A stretch of DNA of 47,487 nucleotides from Catajapyx aquilonaris. Its lineage: Eukaryota. Location: the NCBI GenBank assembly GCA_000934665.2, contig JYFJ02003007.1:1-47487 (forward strand). The letters are read 5' to 3'. Made by a program: the position numbers and the translations under genes. This document shows, in pieces, positions 10,984-25,300 of the stretch; the stretch's first letter is position 1, and every line of letters starts with the position of its first letter. The notes beneath the pieces are model-generated. The model had not been told where the DNA came from, ran no database searches, and saw only the letters and a program-made list of their open reading frames with translations.

Positions 10984-12460
10984 TATTACTGCTGTCCTAC
11001 CGGAAAAGACACATCTGTCCAAGACGTACATAATGTACAAAAAATATGATGTCCCAACAATGATCAGATTAGGTGCTAAGCGGTTTTTAAAAATTCTGTT
11101 CCCTATACGTGTTCCGTGGGAAAATCCCCGGTCATGCATTTTGAACATGATAATTTTCCACACTTCACACTTACTGTATGTACTCGATCTGGTAAAAATG
11201 AAAGGGTGGGAGGGGAAGTCCATTGCTGCCGAAGTGAGAACCCAGGTGATTAGTGGTGAAAAGCAAAGTCCGCGATCAGTTCTGCAGCGGTTGAGCACAA
11301 CAATTAGCAAATGAGACACGTGTTTTAATACATGGACCGAACATCTTTTTCGAGTCGGATTAGAAGGAACGCAATGAAATTAAAAGCACTTCACATCAAT
11401 AACAATGGGGGAGGGATAGATGGGGGTAGGGATGAGGGGGGCTCTCCTAATCCAATGCGCGATTGCGGCATCAAACTCGATGCTTTTGAGAGTTGGAAGT
11501 TTTAATCCGGCAGCTTTCGCACGCCAGTCGATTTTTCACTACCAGTAGCTGTGTGCGTGGCTGGATGCCTGAGTGCTATGAGCCCTGGAAAGGTTGGCTG
11601 CAAGGGAGGTAGAAACTCCTTCATTCCTATATATCCTCTCAGCCAACCTTCCTCTGACCAACCAACCAACCAGCATTTCTGAAATAATTTTCAGAGTCCC
11701 CAGGAATTTTGCATCATCATCTGCGTCTCCGGGTTAGTCCACTTCATATGCATCAGTTGCGTGTGGAACTAGATTTGGCGGCAGTCTGCTATGGAGACTA
11801 GCCATCTCTCTCTCCTCCCACAGGCCTCCCCTACCTCGTCTCTCCACGAATTATCTCTCCAGAGGATTAAACCACCTGTCGCCATTCTTGCCCCGGCACG
11901 TCTCTCTCTCTCCTTCTCTCTCTCTGCACAATGCTCGTCCTACATTGGGTCATTTTACGTGACAGTTTTGCACTAGGCAAGATGGACTGATGGATGTTGA
12001 TTCAAGCGTAATATCAGTTGAAAATATTTTATGACATTGTCATTCCGGCAAGGGGCGGAAACCCCTATGTTACAGAGATCTTGCCCTTTGACTATACGTG
12101 TCGCAATGTTTTGACCTCTGCTCCACCCTGAGGTCAAGCACATTTAGGTCCGGAAGTATCAAGAGAGAGTGGCGAATAAGAATTGTTATTGGTAAAAATG
12201 TAATAAAAATAAACAGACCATATGCGTCACACCTGGGGCAACACTGGTATATCTTTAGGTGCTCAGGTGCACAATTGGCTCAAACTAGTTATGGCACATA
12301 CCCTTTTTGAAAGAAGTAGTGTCTGATATGCCATTCTGGTCTCGGTTTTATTACTCGAAATGGCTCGTTTTGTCATGCAGCCTGCTAACTATACCTTATG
12401 CAGCTTAGTTTGAAGCAGTTTGATGGGTCAGTCTACCAACTCAGTTTCGACGAAAATTTC

Positions 12461-12522
12461 GCACTGCCCATTTTTATCAGCCCTGGCCGTGCGAGGCCAG
12501 GGCTGATAAAAATGGGCAGTGC
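12461..12522. repeat. Perfect hairpin, 28-bp arms and 6-nt loop
   Basis: GCACTGCCCATTTTTATCAGCCCTGGCC-GTGCGA-GGCCAGGGCTGATAAAAATGGGCAGTGC. Confidence 0.9.
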
Positions 12523-14400
12523 TTGTTATCAATCAGAAGTGTACGGGACACTGGTACGTTCACTTGAAACTTTGAATAGGGCAAAACAATTCGTAGTGTA
12601 AATAACACCAATGTCCAACCAATGTTACACACTCAGGGATCTATTAATTACTGACTGTTATAAAAGGCTGTGCAGAATGAGACATAGTCCCCATGTTACC
12701 ACCCTGAGCTCTCACGGCCTTTAAAAAAAACTGCCCATTGTTGTAGCGATTTTGCACTATTCCCTCCTGACACGCCGGACACGAATCTGGGTCCACTTTT
12801 TTTAAACACCCTGTTCAGTACGCCACCCTGCTCTGGTCAGTCACAACACAAAGCAAAATGACACCAGTAAGCCGGCATGGTTTTTGACTCTGGCTTTTTG
12901 AAAACCCTGCATGCGTCGCATCGCCATATTTGTGTCGCGTCGGATGGAATGGGAGCTATTTTTCCCAGTGGTGTGAGGTAAACAGCGATCAGCAGTTATT
13001 TTTCAAGCGCTGTGAATTTTGTACGTGCAAGCGGGCCATGGAAGGGTGGGAGGGATAGGGCACATTGTATTATCAAAGGCTAGCATTGCCACACGCGCAA
13101 ATCAATAACCGCACTTGACTCTTTTAAAACAGATGTGGACAAAATGTATACACAAAACGGGTTTTTTTTGCAGAGGGTGGGGAGAGAAGAGGGTTGGGAG
13201 ACACGATTTGAATATATCGTACTTGCCACCTTTAATTGGCTTTATCGCAATGTGCTATTTGCACATTAAAATCGTGTTTCCTGTCCGTCGCTGTCAGTTT
13301 CCATTGAAGACTTGAATATCAAAACAGATGTACAAAAAAAAGACTAATAAGCCTGGCCGAGATATGTTTGCAGGTTGTGGAATTGAGGATAGTGTCAGTA
13401 CAAGAATGTGCGGTACCACATGGATGTATATAGGAGAAATATTTAGGTGTAATTATACTCAGGGAATAATACGGGACGATATTGAGTTACACGAGGAACA
13501 ATGCTGAAAATTATCAGCATGGCCTGCATAATGCAATTACCAGTCGTTTTTAGTACCCAAAACAACAATTAAAGTTTGGCCACCAGCATGAATTTGAACT
13601 TAAAATTTTGTTATATAAATTATACACAACATTTTGCATCCATTTTCCCATCAAAAATTTACAGTACAATGCAATCTACTCAATTTTCCCCCCATACTGT
13701 AAACACTGACCAGTACAGTACGTACAGTACAGGACAGAACATGGAGTGGGATGAAAATACCGTATACATTTGTATATTTAGTGAAACATTTGAATATTAT
13801 AGGGATGTATGTATAATAATTGTTCTTTCTGCTGTTGCAATAAATTCACGCATTATGCATGCATATTTCCCTAACATCATGGACAAGTTCCTAAACACCA
13901 AAGTCTTTAAATGTATCTTAGTCACAAATAGCTCAAAGTAATACATTTAGAAGAGACACTACTTCTATGCAACATTTTTGGGAATAATATGGGATGCCCA
14001 GTGCATTGCACCACATGTATCTTGAAGTATGTAGCATTTTCCTAACTTCACTGGCCTTCGTATATTAACCCCGTAACATTCACTTTCTTTTATCAAGAGC
14101 ATCATCTAAAACAATAATGGACAAAAGTCCAATGCAAATCAGACATTGAACCGTGCGTATAGTTATGGGGACAAGTCCAAACACAAATATTTTCAAAAAT
14201 GTCTACTTACCCATAAACTTGTGATTGTTCTCAGTGTAGCAAGTAAGCTAGAATGTATTTCAAAAACGATCTCCATCCGAGATCCGACCTATTCTGGCCC
14301 AACCCCCATGTGGTGACACACAGGGATAGAAGAGAGAGAAAGGGCGGCGAAAGTAAAATATTTGATGACTGACATGGAGTGCATAGTTTACTCGAGTGTA

Positions 14401-14575
14401 CTCCCCAAAGACCATTGAGACACCTGTTCCACTGCCGGACCAAACGTCCGACACACAGTCTGCCTCTGGCATTGCTGTCAAATGAATTCTCCTTCGGTTA
14501 TCGCGGCAATTTGTGCGGCAGGTGTATCGGACGTTTGATTCAGCAGTGAGTTAGGTGTTTCACTGGTCTAGGGAG
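14401..14575. mobile_element. Tc1/mariner-type MITE with CTCCC...GGGAG termini
   Basis: TA flanks at 14399-14400 and 14576-14577. About 55-bp imperfect TIRs (AGACCATTGAGACACCT...CAAACGTCCGACACAC vs GTGTATCGGACGTTTG...AGGTGTTTCACTGGTCT). Confidence 0.75.
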
Positions 14576-17500
14576 TACTTTTATTTAAGGCGAGGAAAAT
14601 AACATTAAAATAGAGTGATTCATTGGAAATATTGGCCGTTTGATGCCATGTAAAAAAAACGAAAGTAGCGCATTCTATATTTTTACAAGTAATAAAACCA
14701 CAAACATTCTACTGTCACATAAGTACTCTTAAAATTTGAAAAAATGAGATATTTCGCAATTGATCATATAAATTGTTCTGGAGCCTATTTGTTTGCTGGG
14801 ATTCAGCCAGCCAATTTGCAGCTATAGGGTGTGACGGGGATGTAGTAGAATCGGAACCAATCCGGAGATGGAGGTCGAATGCCAGGACGGATGCGGGAGC
14901 GATCACATAACATCGAACAATATAATTCAAACCCAACTACAATGTACCACGTGCTTCAGAAATGAGCCCACATTTGTATTGGTAAAAATCTGGCGAGCGT
15001 TTAATCGTCATTACTAGCTTCTGTCACTGTCACCACACCTTCAAGTGTGGTAATGAATCACACACACTACAGGATAGCCCATAATATGGGCGGCTTTCCA
15101 ACATGCATGATTCTTCACTTGAAGGCGAATTAACAGGAAAATACCACCGACACAAATGGGAGTTCAATTCTGAAACACACAGTGGGCCTATATTCCACAA
15201 ACGCGTTGAACCAAAGTAAAACAAAAAATATTCGCACCAGAGTCTTGTGTGTCTATAGACGTATCTGGTAGTAGTAAAGTAGCTTTTATGTGTCTGACTA
15301 GAAGGAGTGTATTTTCCACCCGGATCAGCAGAAACACGAGTTAAACAAATGCTGGTAAAATCACTTTTTGAGGAAAGAAATAAAAAGCCATTTGCGATGA
15401 AGGGACAGAAACCACATTCGTGAGAACGAGGCTTTAGGTCGTCGAGATTCCAAATTTTATCCGGATCGTGATAAAAGAAACAATTTCCTAGCAACTGCTT
15501 TGTTCTATTCCACTACAGTTTCCTGCATATGTCTAACATGTTTATACGGCCAGAACGCTACGTTTTATTTGTTCCAGCCTCTCGACTGTAATGCTGTATT
15601 TTATTCCCAAGGGCTCTAACATGTTTTTCAGATTTCTACAGCATGCAGAAATCTGAAAGCGTGGATTTTTCCACCCATGCGATCAGGACTCGTAACGTTC
15701 CGACCTGATTTGTCTCACATACGTAAGCGGCATGGCCAAGAAAGAGAAAAAGGAGGAACAAGAGCGTGAAAAGAGTAGCAGCAGCATTGATCGGCCAAGG
15801 CGCTCAAACGGCTATAGTCTTAAGCCCACCCACCCTTACCCCCATCCCAACTCTAACCCTATGCACTGACTGCAAACTTTAACAAGAGAACTCCATTTAG
15901 CTTTGCCCCCAAAAGACCCCTCATAAGTTAGTAGTTGATGCTTCATTCAATAGTCCGTACATTTTCACATGTACGCTATAGGTGGCACAGGAAAAGACTG
16001 CAAGGCCAAATTTATCCAAATTTCCTGACCCTACCACCCTGTCCCCTATGTTTACCCTGGAGAAATATCAAAGAAATGTACAGATGCCAGGTGGAAAAAA
16101 ATTAACGTGGATATCGCGTATTTTTGGTTCCATTGCGTCTGGCAACTCGACTTGACAATCCCAGAAATCCTGTGCAGTCTTTTCCTGGGTGCAACATGAA
16201 AATTTTCAAACCTTCCCTCCCGAAATGTTTAGTCGTTATAAATCCCACACCCAATAAACCTAATTTCAGCTCGATTGAAACCAATGACGCGCGACTTGTC
16301 GGGAGGGTTTCATGCCAATTAACTTGCAAAATCACTGTTTATTTCGTTGGGGGGATGCCTGCATTGAAATCACATTTTGAGCTCGTATTCACGACCGTCC
16401 CCCATACTTTATAATGCATTTTTAGAGCCCCGGGTCAACGTCACTTGCGCACAAATAAATTGTATTGGCTTATCGCTCTGCGCTCTAGGGCTAGGAGTGG
16501 AATGGGGGAGAGACTCCATATACTTCATTTAGGCCCCTCAAGTGACTTATCAACATTTTTGGGATCCACTTGAAAATAATAAAAAAAGAGGGAACGAGTC
16601 AAGAGTATCAAGTACATTAAGAATGCGGTGCGAGTTCAGTGGAGTGCATCCTTTTCCGTTCTTCACAGAGTAATTGAACACTTGATGAAAGCCAACAAGT
16701 TCACGTTATGATAAGAGTTGCCTCTACAGTACATTTTCTGGAATAATCCTATCTGGGCCTAATCGCATTATAGAATTAGACAAGTGATCATCGATTTCCA
16801 ATCTTCACTTTCTTTCCTCTTCTCTTTTCAAATCCGGGTCTGCAATAGGAAGTGATACGAGGCCTACAGACGAATTAGAGTGGAGAAATCCAAGTCACCC
16901 AGGAATTGGGGCACGAAGTAATTAGTGAAGTATTGCACTCTGGAGCAATTTGTTGATTGAAGACAAGTCCCAGGTGCGATTCGCCTTCAGATACGCTAGG
17001 GAGGTTCAATCTGCACAGCGAGGAATGAGACTTGGTTCCACAAAATGCGTATTTCGTAAACATGGCAAGGTACTGTAAACGGATCAATGACTGAGGTACA
17101 AAACCCAATGATTGGCAAAGTTTTAAATGAAATCAGATTGTCTCGAAATTGGGATTTTCATTAAACCAAGAGCCTGTAAAAATGATAGCAAAAACGTGTA
17201 TGCTTGATTTTATTGTGATAATTGGAATTAAGATGCGAGTTCAAGAGAAGCTAAGGATTGTTCACTTCATCAACCAGTTTAAAGAAAAACAGCAATCACG
17301 ACCAGTGAAGGTGTCCCTAATTGTTGCCTTCAGTGGGTTGCTTCTCTTTAAAATGGTTCCCGTGGTAAACAAATTATAAGTTATTCCCTTGAAGTAGGGA
17401 CTTGAGCAGTGCACCAACCTGCCTAAAACTCCTCATGAAATGTTGAAAGCGCAATACAAGCCAGCAATTACGTAAAACGTTGACGAGGTCCAAGCAAAAT

Positions 17501-20500
17501 GAATTCAGACAGTAACATTCCCATGTTGACACACCATTAGTTGTATTACTGTGCCAGAAAATTAGGGACTTCCAAACCATGCAAAAACATAGGCCCACAT
17601 TTGGGCTCTGATGATTCTACACCGTGAACCAAAATGATCCGCACACACTTCTTTTTATAACCATGTTTGCACTGGCCGTAGCCATGCTTGAATATACCGT
17701 TTGGCCATGTTTTTTTCCAACCTCCCCTCCCCCCTCCCCTACTTTTTTTTGGAGGGGGGGGGGACGCATGTTGGTTATAACCACTGATCCATTCTGAGGC
17801 CAACGGATTGCTGGTGGTCTGCCCTTCGTTTCGACGAAATAGCGCGTAAAGCACATTCAACCTACCCCTCTCCACTCTTTTAATAAGCACTTGCAGATTC
17901 AGCACTTCCATGCTTACGAGACTAGTTTCCAGCTAAAAAAGAGACTGCACGGCCCAGGAGGCTCCCTGATTAAATAACATTACGCGAAAATAACCCCGGG
18001 TTTGTCAATTTGTGGAATGCTTTTTTTGTCTGTTAAATTTTAAAGGGGTGGACATATTATGTCTCTTACTGCTTTATTTATACGGCGCCATGTAATTAAT
18101 TGAATTTTTTTTGGTGTCAAAACAGCAACAAGAATTGTTGTGGATATAAAGGGTAAATATTAGTTATTCATAACTCTTGGGTTTTGTTTTCCATCCTGCA
18201 TTACAAGTGAGGCTTCTCATGAAAGTCATGCGATTGGAGAGTGGTATAAAATCATAGGTGGGTAACCGTGCTTGAGCGAGAAATGTTGTCACATGACCTA
18301 ATCCATTTGTGCCCTTGTATGTCGCTCTGTTGTAACCGCGATACCAATATATCCCTAAATTAGATAGCCCTGTCTACAAACCCGCAATATTACCATAACC
18401 CTAATTACCATTTTTATGTTAATTTAATTAAAAGGTAAGGTAGTTTTCAACTAAGCCCAAAGGTTTTTGCTACTCAGAAAAGTAAGCCATCACATTGTAA
18501 AAAAGTGTGTTATATTCACTACTACAAGATTGGTGAAGGCTATCATTTTGATTATCACAATAGAATATTGACTGGCTTTGTGGGTTTTCTTCATTGTCAT
18601 CACTGCCTTGATAAAATGAGCCCAACCCCTATTGTTTGCAATGGTATATTGTATAGGTGATGAAGTTGTACGGATGCTCAGTGGAGCATTGACAATAACC
18701 CCTAGTCACTGTAATCTAGTTGTAAAAGGCACAAAGTTGGCTTCCTTAATGAAGCAGCTCTTTAACAGTAGTTTTGAAACAAAATTTAGTTCATATATTC
18801 TAATGTTACAGCAATACTGTATCATTATTCATATAGCATTTTGTATGCTATTCTCGAGTTGTTCGCATGCATCAGGCCTTAAAACCCAGCATTTTCTAAT
18901 TAACCCGGCCTTGGTATCCTATATAAGTTATCACTGTCGTTCATTGAGAGAAAGGCCTTGATGCTAGGCGATAATATGTTACAGCACTGATTATAATGAA
19001 CATTGGGTTCATATATTTCTGCCATGAGGAGATGAACGGACATCTGAAGCATATTGGATGTAATGTTCTGTCGTGAATATGATGATATTCGGTATAACAT
19101 GTTGCAGTACGCACTTCGGAAAAATATAATCATATTTCCTACCCAAAGCATGTAAGCGTTGGTGCAAAAACGAGTTTGCAAATTTAATTACCTCCTACAG
19201 TGTTCGGATGCCATATTGTATCTTATAGATAGCGGGCCGAGTTCCTCCAAAATGTCTTCATACCCAAGTTTTAATTAGAAAACGAGCCAGTGACAAGAAG
19301 TTGTCTTGTTCTTTCTCAACTTGCAGAAGTTGTATCAACTGGACGGGAATCTACTGACCAATTTTTGCACTTCCGTAAACTGAAATCGAACCTGCATGTA
19401 GTAAAGCTGAAGTAAACTGGTGCATATTATTTATACAGGGTATTTCTCTGCCCACGTTGAACGTCTTTCCGGGGGGGGAGGGGGGGGGGAGGGAAAGCTG
19501 ATGGATTAATCAACCCCTGGCGTTGTAACCAAATATGTGAATAAGAAAAAAAAAATACAAATCTCCATACTTTGCTTCGAGTCTGGATTGTATAGTTCGA
19601 ATTCGGACTAGTGATGACTAATTCATTAACTCTCCTCATCACTATATTTATTTACAGTATTTTAGGCAACGTCATGGTGAAGTGTGTGAAATTTTTACCG
19701 AAACGGGAGACTCTACAAATACTGCTACACATATGAGAGCTGACGTGGGTATATACTCTATCTCCCTCTCCTTCCTCTTTCTCTCTCCGTCTCCAGCTTG
19801 AAATCGTGATAAAGTTGGCAAAGTTGCAATAATGGCCGCCGGAATGTAACGGAGGAAGTATCAGAGACGCAGCCTTATCAGCACTTCAGGCTGATAAAGT
19901 CAAATTTTTTTCCATGTTTAGTTAATGAAAAATAATGGAAAACTAGGATACCAATGTCAAGATATTAGTGCCAAGAAAGTATAGAGACACACATTGTAAT
20001 AGACTGTCCGACTGCTAACTTGCAAGTCCTTTTACTTATTTCTTCATCGACCAGGCCACTGCAATGCAAGGGTGTATAAGGTTACATCTAACGATAAGAA
20101 CTGGCACCGTGGAAGATTAAGCTAATCGTCGGACATAATTGTTCAATAAAAAACTAGTTCAAGTAAAATATGTACGTCATACTACTTACATACCGGTACT
20201 ACCTTCGCAAAAATGGATAATTTGTAAGTACGTTTAACTCAAAAATTATGCTTGGATTCTTAATAATGTACTGTATACTCATGTATACATTGCCTTCAGG
20301 GTATTTTTGATATATTGAGTTGTTTGGTTGTGATCTGTGGGCGTGGCCCTTGTTTTATCGCAGATTACCGCTTTCATGTAAGAAATGTGACTTCTACGTA
20401 TGTATATATGTAGGCTACAGTATGAATGCGCAATATCGGCAATATGTATAAGTAATGAATAGATAATTATATGGAGCAACTAATCACTATTTGTATTAGC

Positions 20501-22219
20501 AATTTGTGTTACATTATCCATTTCGCAAATGGATGTTACTGTATAAGGAAAGACTCTTTAAAATTAAACTGCAACTTACATTTTGTATATAATTATCGTA
20601 CAATGTGTACACCTTAAATAATACTGTGCCTCGTGTTTGAAACAAAACCCCTGCTCTCTGCCGCCCATTCTATTATGCTTTCAACAATAGTTGTTTGCAA
20701 AACAATTCATTTATGCATATTTTGCAATAGGACACAAAGGTCCATGCTCATCAATTATTTACGACACTTTTGATTAGATTAGAGCTGTGACATTTGCGCT
20801 GTTGTTGTCAATTTTTGCATTGCTTCTTTCACTATCTCCAGCATAAAATAATACCGCATAGTATTTAAAATACGCGACAAACGCACATGATTAATGGCAC
20901 ATTTAAATCAAAATTGAACGAACTGTGATACATTTTATTTCCAGTCACCAACCAGTGTAGGCTATAAAACGGCATTAAAATAGGCACAACTCATTTTAGC
21001 TGTCAAACCAGTCAAACAAGGAAGTGAACCAAAGCAATGTAGGCCATGGAATATTGGAGAGCAAAACACATAAAAATTATCCGAGGTTATTAAGGGCACT
21101 CGCACACAATGGGGAGGAAATTGAAATCCCCTGCTCCAAGCTGATGTTGATATGCAATATTATGCCTCTTCCTGAATTTCAGCCATGTCATTTCCGGAGA
21201 ATATTACCAACCGATTGCGCCACTCGTCACTATTGAACCAGGGCGACAGCGCATGCAATCTGCTTTGCCGCTACTGTTCCAAATAGGAGAGGAAAAAACG
21301 CGAGAAAAATGCGGATCATCTCCAAACAGCTCCAATCACACATTTCAAGTGCCAACAGCTACGCGACCAAAAAGAGATAGATGATTCTGGCTCTTGGAAT
21401 GGCTCTTGCTATTTTTTTTCACAGCATGTACAGCTTTACTATTGTTTGTCAGGAATTTTCACTACTGAAATATTTCACACAGATTACATACCTAACGGGC
21501 CAAGTTGAGCCGGGACGAGCACGCTAGGGACTGACATTAAAATACATGGGAAATAACAACAAATCAGCCTGATCTGACGGAGTGATTAAATCAGCCATCA
21601 GGCTCAATTTTGGTTACAGGAGCATCAAATCTGTCAAAGTTAATGGTTTGAGGGAGTATGTCATTTCTTCCTTGCCGATTTAGAAGCAGGTAATGCAGCA
21701 TGAAGTGAATTTGTTTTTAATCGCACGCACTTATACGAGCTTGCATATAGACCCCTATAGACTATATACTATCAGGTACTGCGGAAGGATGAAACGTCTC
21801 CTGTGACCTTAGGCGTCTCACAAATTCTGGTCCAGAAGCCCAGAAGACTTGCATAACAACCCAATCAAGGTAGTGCACATGTTTCATTCAGCAGGGCTTA
21901 TTTGCTTTCATGAGAATTCACGATTTCACAAGTAAAGGAGAAGTTACACAATATATTGGATCTAAGCGGATTAGGCCTATACAGTATTTGTTTTCTGTTT
22001 TCCAACCTCATCATTATTTTGTAACTATAACAGGACTTACAAATAAGTAGAAATATTCGCAACACATGTAGTGATATATGAAAGTAACAGCACTTAAATG
22101 ATGATACTGCCTCTTTTGGGCTCTACTACATTACAGATTCTGATTCAGCTACTGTTACCACAATATCATGGTATTTCAGATCCAGACAAACAGCAATAAA
22201 AAAAAGCCAATCACTTATG

Positions 22220-22390
22220 ATATGGGTATCATCAGTCCAAAAAGAATTGTCTCTCGCGTCGAGCGGGCAGCCACGCGTCAGGATGAAATGAACCAGTTAA
22301 CTCAGAGTTAACTGGTTGCTTTCATCCTGACGCGTGGCTGCCCGCTCGACGCGAGGGACAATTCTTTTTGAACCGTTGAGTACCATATGG
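22220..22390. mobile_element. Near-perfect palindromic element (possible Crypton-type non-autonomous element or MITE)
   Basis: Centre at 22304. The 66-bp arms (22238-22303 / 22305-22370) have 3 mismatched pairs, and weaker pairing extends to 22220/22388. Direct repeat ATATGG at 22220-22225 and 22385-22390. Confidence 0.7.
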
Positions 22391-25300
22391 CAAGAAACGA
22401 TTCAATTGAATTTCTTCACAAAAATTATATTTCAAAAACAACTGCTATGAAAGAATACAGTATTATTAGGCACTTCCATATACTGAACTACTGAAATTAA
22501 CTTGACAGCCAGAATCCAGCAGGAACAAGTTTAATATCCATTATTAAGCCATCCATTCGCAGTGTATGGAAATAATTATATTAATGATCCACGTATAGTG
22601 AAACACAACCCCGTACTGTACCTAGCACTAAAACTCTGGCAGTGTTTCAGACACAAACTACGTCTGCAAGGCTTATATTTGGCAGTAATTGGTGCTGCTG
22701 CATGTGGCCAGCAATGGCGTGCTCTGCATAACTGTCCGCTTATGCACCCTGCGGGGTTGGGGATAGTGGAATGGAGTGCGGGGGCTATAGTGATAGATTC
22801 CCCTCGACGCACACAATCACAGCATTGTGTACTGTACTTGTGTACCAAATCGTCTTAACGTGTGCAGAATATCAATTGCTTTCTAACAGGCACTTTCTTT
22901 TTTATTATAAACTTATTTCACTTATGCGATTCTGACCATCACATGGCCAGAAATCTCTGGGTCGTACAGTGTTACTGAGATCAACATAAAACCATTTTAA
23001 ACCCCCATGTGAGTAAACCAATACGATTGAAAAACTCAAATTACTGTAGCAGAAAGATAAATTCTAGTTTTAAATATAAACACTGTGTATCTCCACATAA
23101 TGTTTAAATAATTAATATGCATGGCTGAAGCTCTGAAAAATACTGTGTGTTTATAAGGTAGAAGTGGCATACAATTTCTGTATTTGACGAACACAATTAT
23201 AATGCTTTAAAAACTGGTTGGCAGAATTTTTGTGAAGGTGGTAGTTGGCGCTTGCGTGCTCGGAAAACCTGCTTTCATTGTTTCCAGGGATTTTGCCACA
23301 TATCCTATACGCATCATAACCCTGCCACCCCATCCTCACAAGTAGTCACAACCACCTATACATCCTCTTTGTTACTCTCTACTTCTCTCCCCTCAAGTCG
23401 AAAATCAGATGTGACAAGACAGTGACAGACCGTTCTTTCACTTAAAAACAAAAATTTGGTCACCAGTACCATGTCGAATCAATTACAAACTGGTCAAGTA
23501 CAATAGTACCGGTACATCATTACTACTGCAAAAAATGTCTATGTCCAATGAACTACTGTACATATCCCATAGGGCATAGGCATATCAAGGTATTTATTCA
23601 GTGATTTAAAAACTACATTTTGTGTCAGCCTCTGAATTGAACATGGTGCAAATACCTGATTACTAATTGCGTGCCTGCAGTTACGAGGTAGAGACTAGAG
23701 TACATTTCCCACATACCCTACCTGTGTAAGCTTGAAAATGGGGAGAAATATAATCAAACAAATCACACACAGCGAATACAAATATTTGACTGATTATAAA
23801 TAGTTCCAGACAACCTGCCGACCACCCACCTATCTCGTTACACTCAATTGCTTTCAACTCATGCTCTTGTCAGCACAAATAGGCCTGTCTACCGGTTATC
23901 AAGTCGCAACTACGCTCAACTAGCCATAATGCCGCGGCTACAGTGCGAGCTGACAACTCTTGTCATCATAAATCGAATTCTGGGGTGGGCGTTTCGGATT
24001 TCCTGCTCAGCGGAAATGTTCCCAACATACAAAAAAAATCCCGTCTTGATGGTGGCCGAGCGACAGCAGGTACCGATTTTATGCCCGCTTCTGCGAAAAT
24101 TACCCAATATGATGGCCATCAGTCATGGCAGCACCAGAAATATTGGGGGAAACGAGCAAGTATTTGCAGTGTACTTCCACTGATGGGATCGTTTTCAGCT
24201 GCTGTATTTGCGACGCGACGTAACTGTATACGGTTTTCACTACTTATGCACATCTGATATATGGTTTTATACCAGGTCAAGTTCCCTAAGTCTATATAGG
24301 TACTGATGTCATAATGGCAGAATTATAACAAACAAGTAAAGGCTATATAGTGAAGTCAGTATTGGATATTGTGACAATTTACATAATAAGCGTCAATCAT
24401 CTCAATAAAGAGATGATGAGGCTTCGACAAAATGACACCTATACTTATAAAATGAATCATTTGTAACTAGGATTCACCATGAAGTTGGTTAGCCTAATTT
24501 AAAAAAAAAATCACACTGTATAATTTGTTCTTGCTGACATATCTGATATTAGACAGTGCAAGAGAGAAGAAACTTCCTTTTTTATAGCAATAAAGACTTC
24601 ATGCCCATATCTGAAGTAGCCTAGTGTAATGCTAATGTCTGCACTGGAGCTGGTAATAAAGTCCGTATGGTGCATAATCCACCCGGATGGGTTGCACGCC
24701 TAAAAATTTTATTACAGTAACTCAAGTACACATGTCGCTTTTACAACTAATTTGCGTGCTACACTATGCTCTGTAGTACAGTATATTGTGTTTCACAAAA
24801 AGTGCTGCAGTGCAGACCAGCCAGGGACCTGAGAAGGGCTTGTGGTCGGCTGACACCAACCTAAAATTGTAAACTACTGTAACATGTAAGGGAATTCTGC
24901 TATTGCACAACTACCACATCAGACATTACACTTCATGAGGTGTCTAGAGCATGTTCCAGTTGAAATTATCTTAGTGGCTAGCGATATTTGACAAAAAGCT
25001 GATTATACTAAGTGGTTCCTTTTGCATGGTTCCTTTTAGTGATTCTCAAAAGTATTAGCTGCTAATAATAGGTTGGATTGGCCCGTCCTTTTTAAAGCCT
25101 GCATATGGGATCTGGCCTGAAAAAATTGGTTATATCCTTGATGCTCGATAGCAATTGTTTCAATGGGCCATTCCTAAGCGGAAAGATTTTGCAAGTCACA
25201 GCTTGGATATAGTATTATTAAATTCGGCCTGACATCATGAAATGTACTGCTAATAACCACTAAAAGCAACACCCAAAAGTAACTGCTTAAAATAGGCAAA

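Noticed and set aside
11975..11998. miR-31-like start AGGCAAGATG
   Set aside because: The match does not extend beyond about 10 nt and I see no precursor hairpin.
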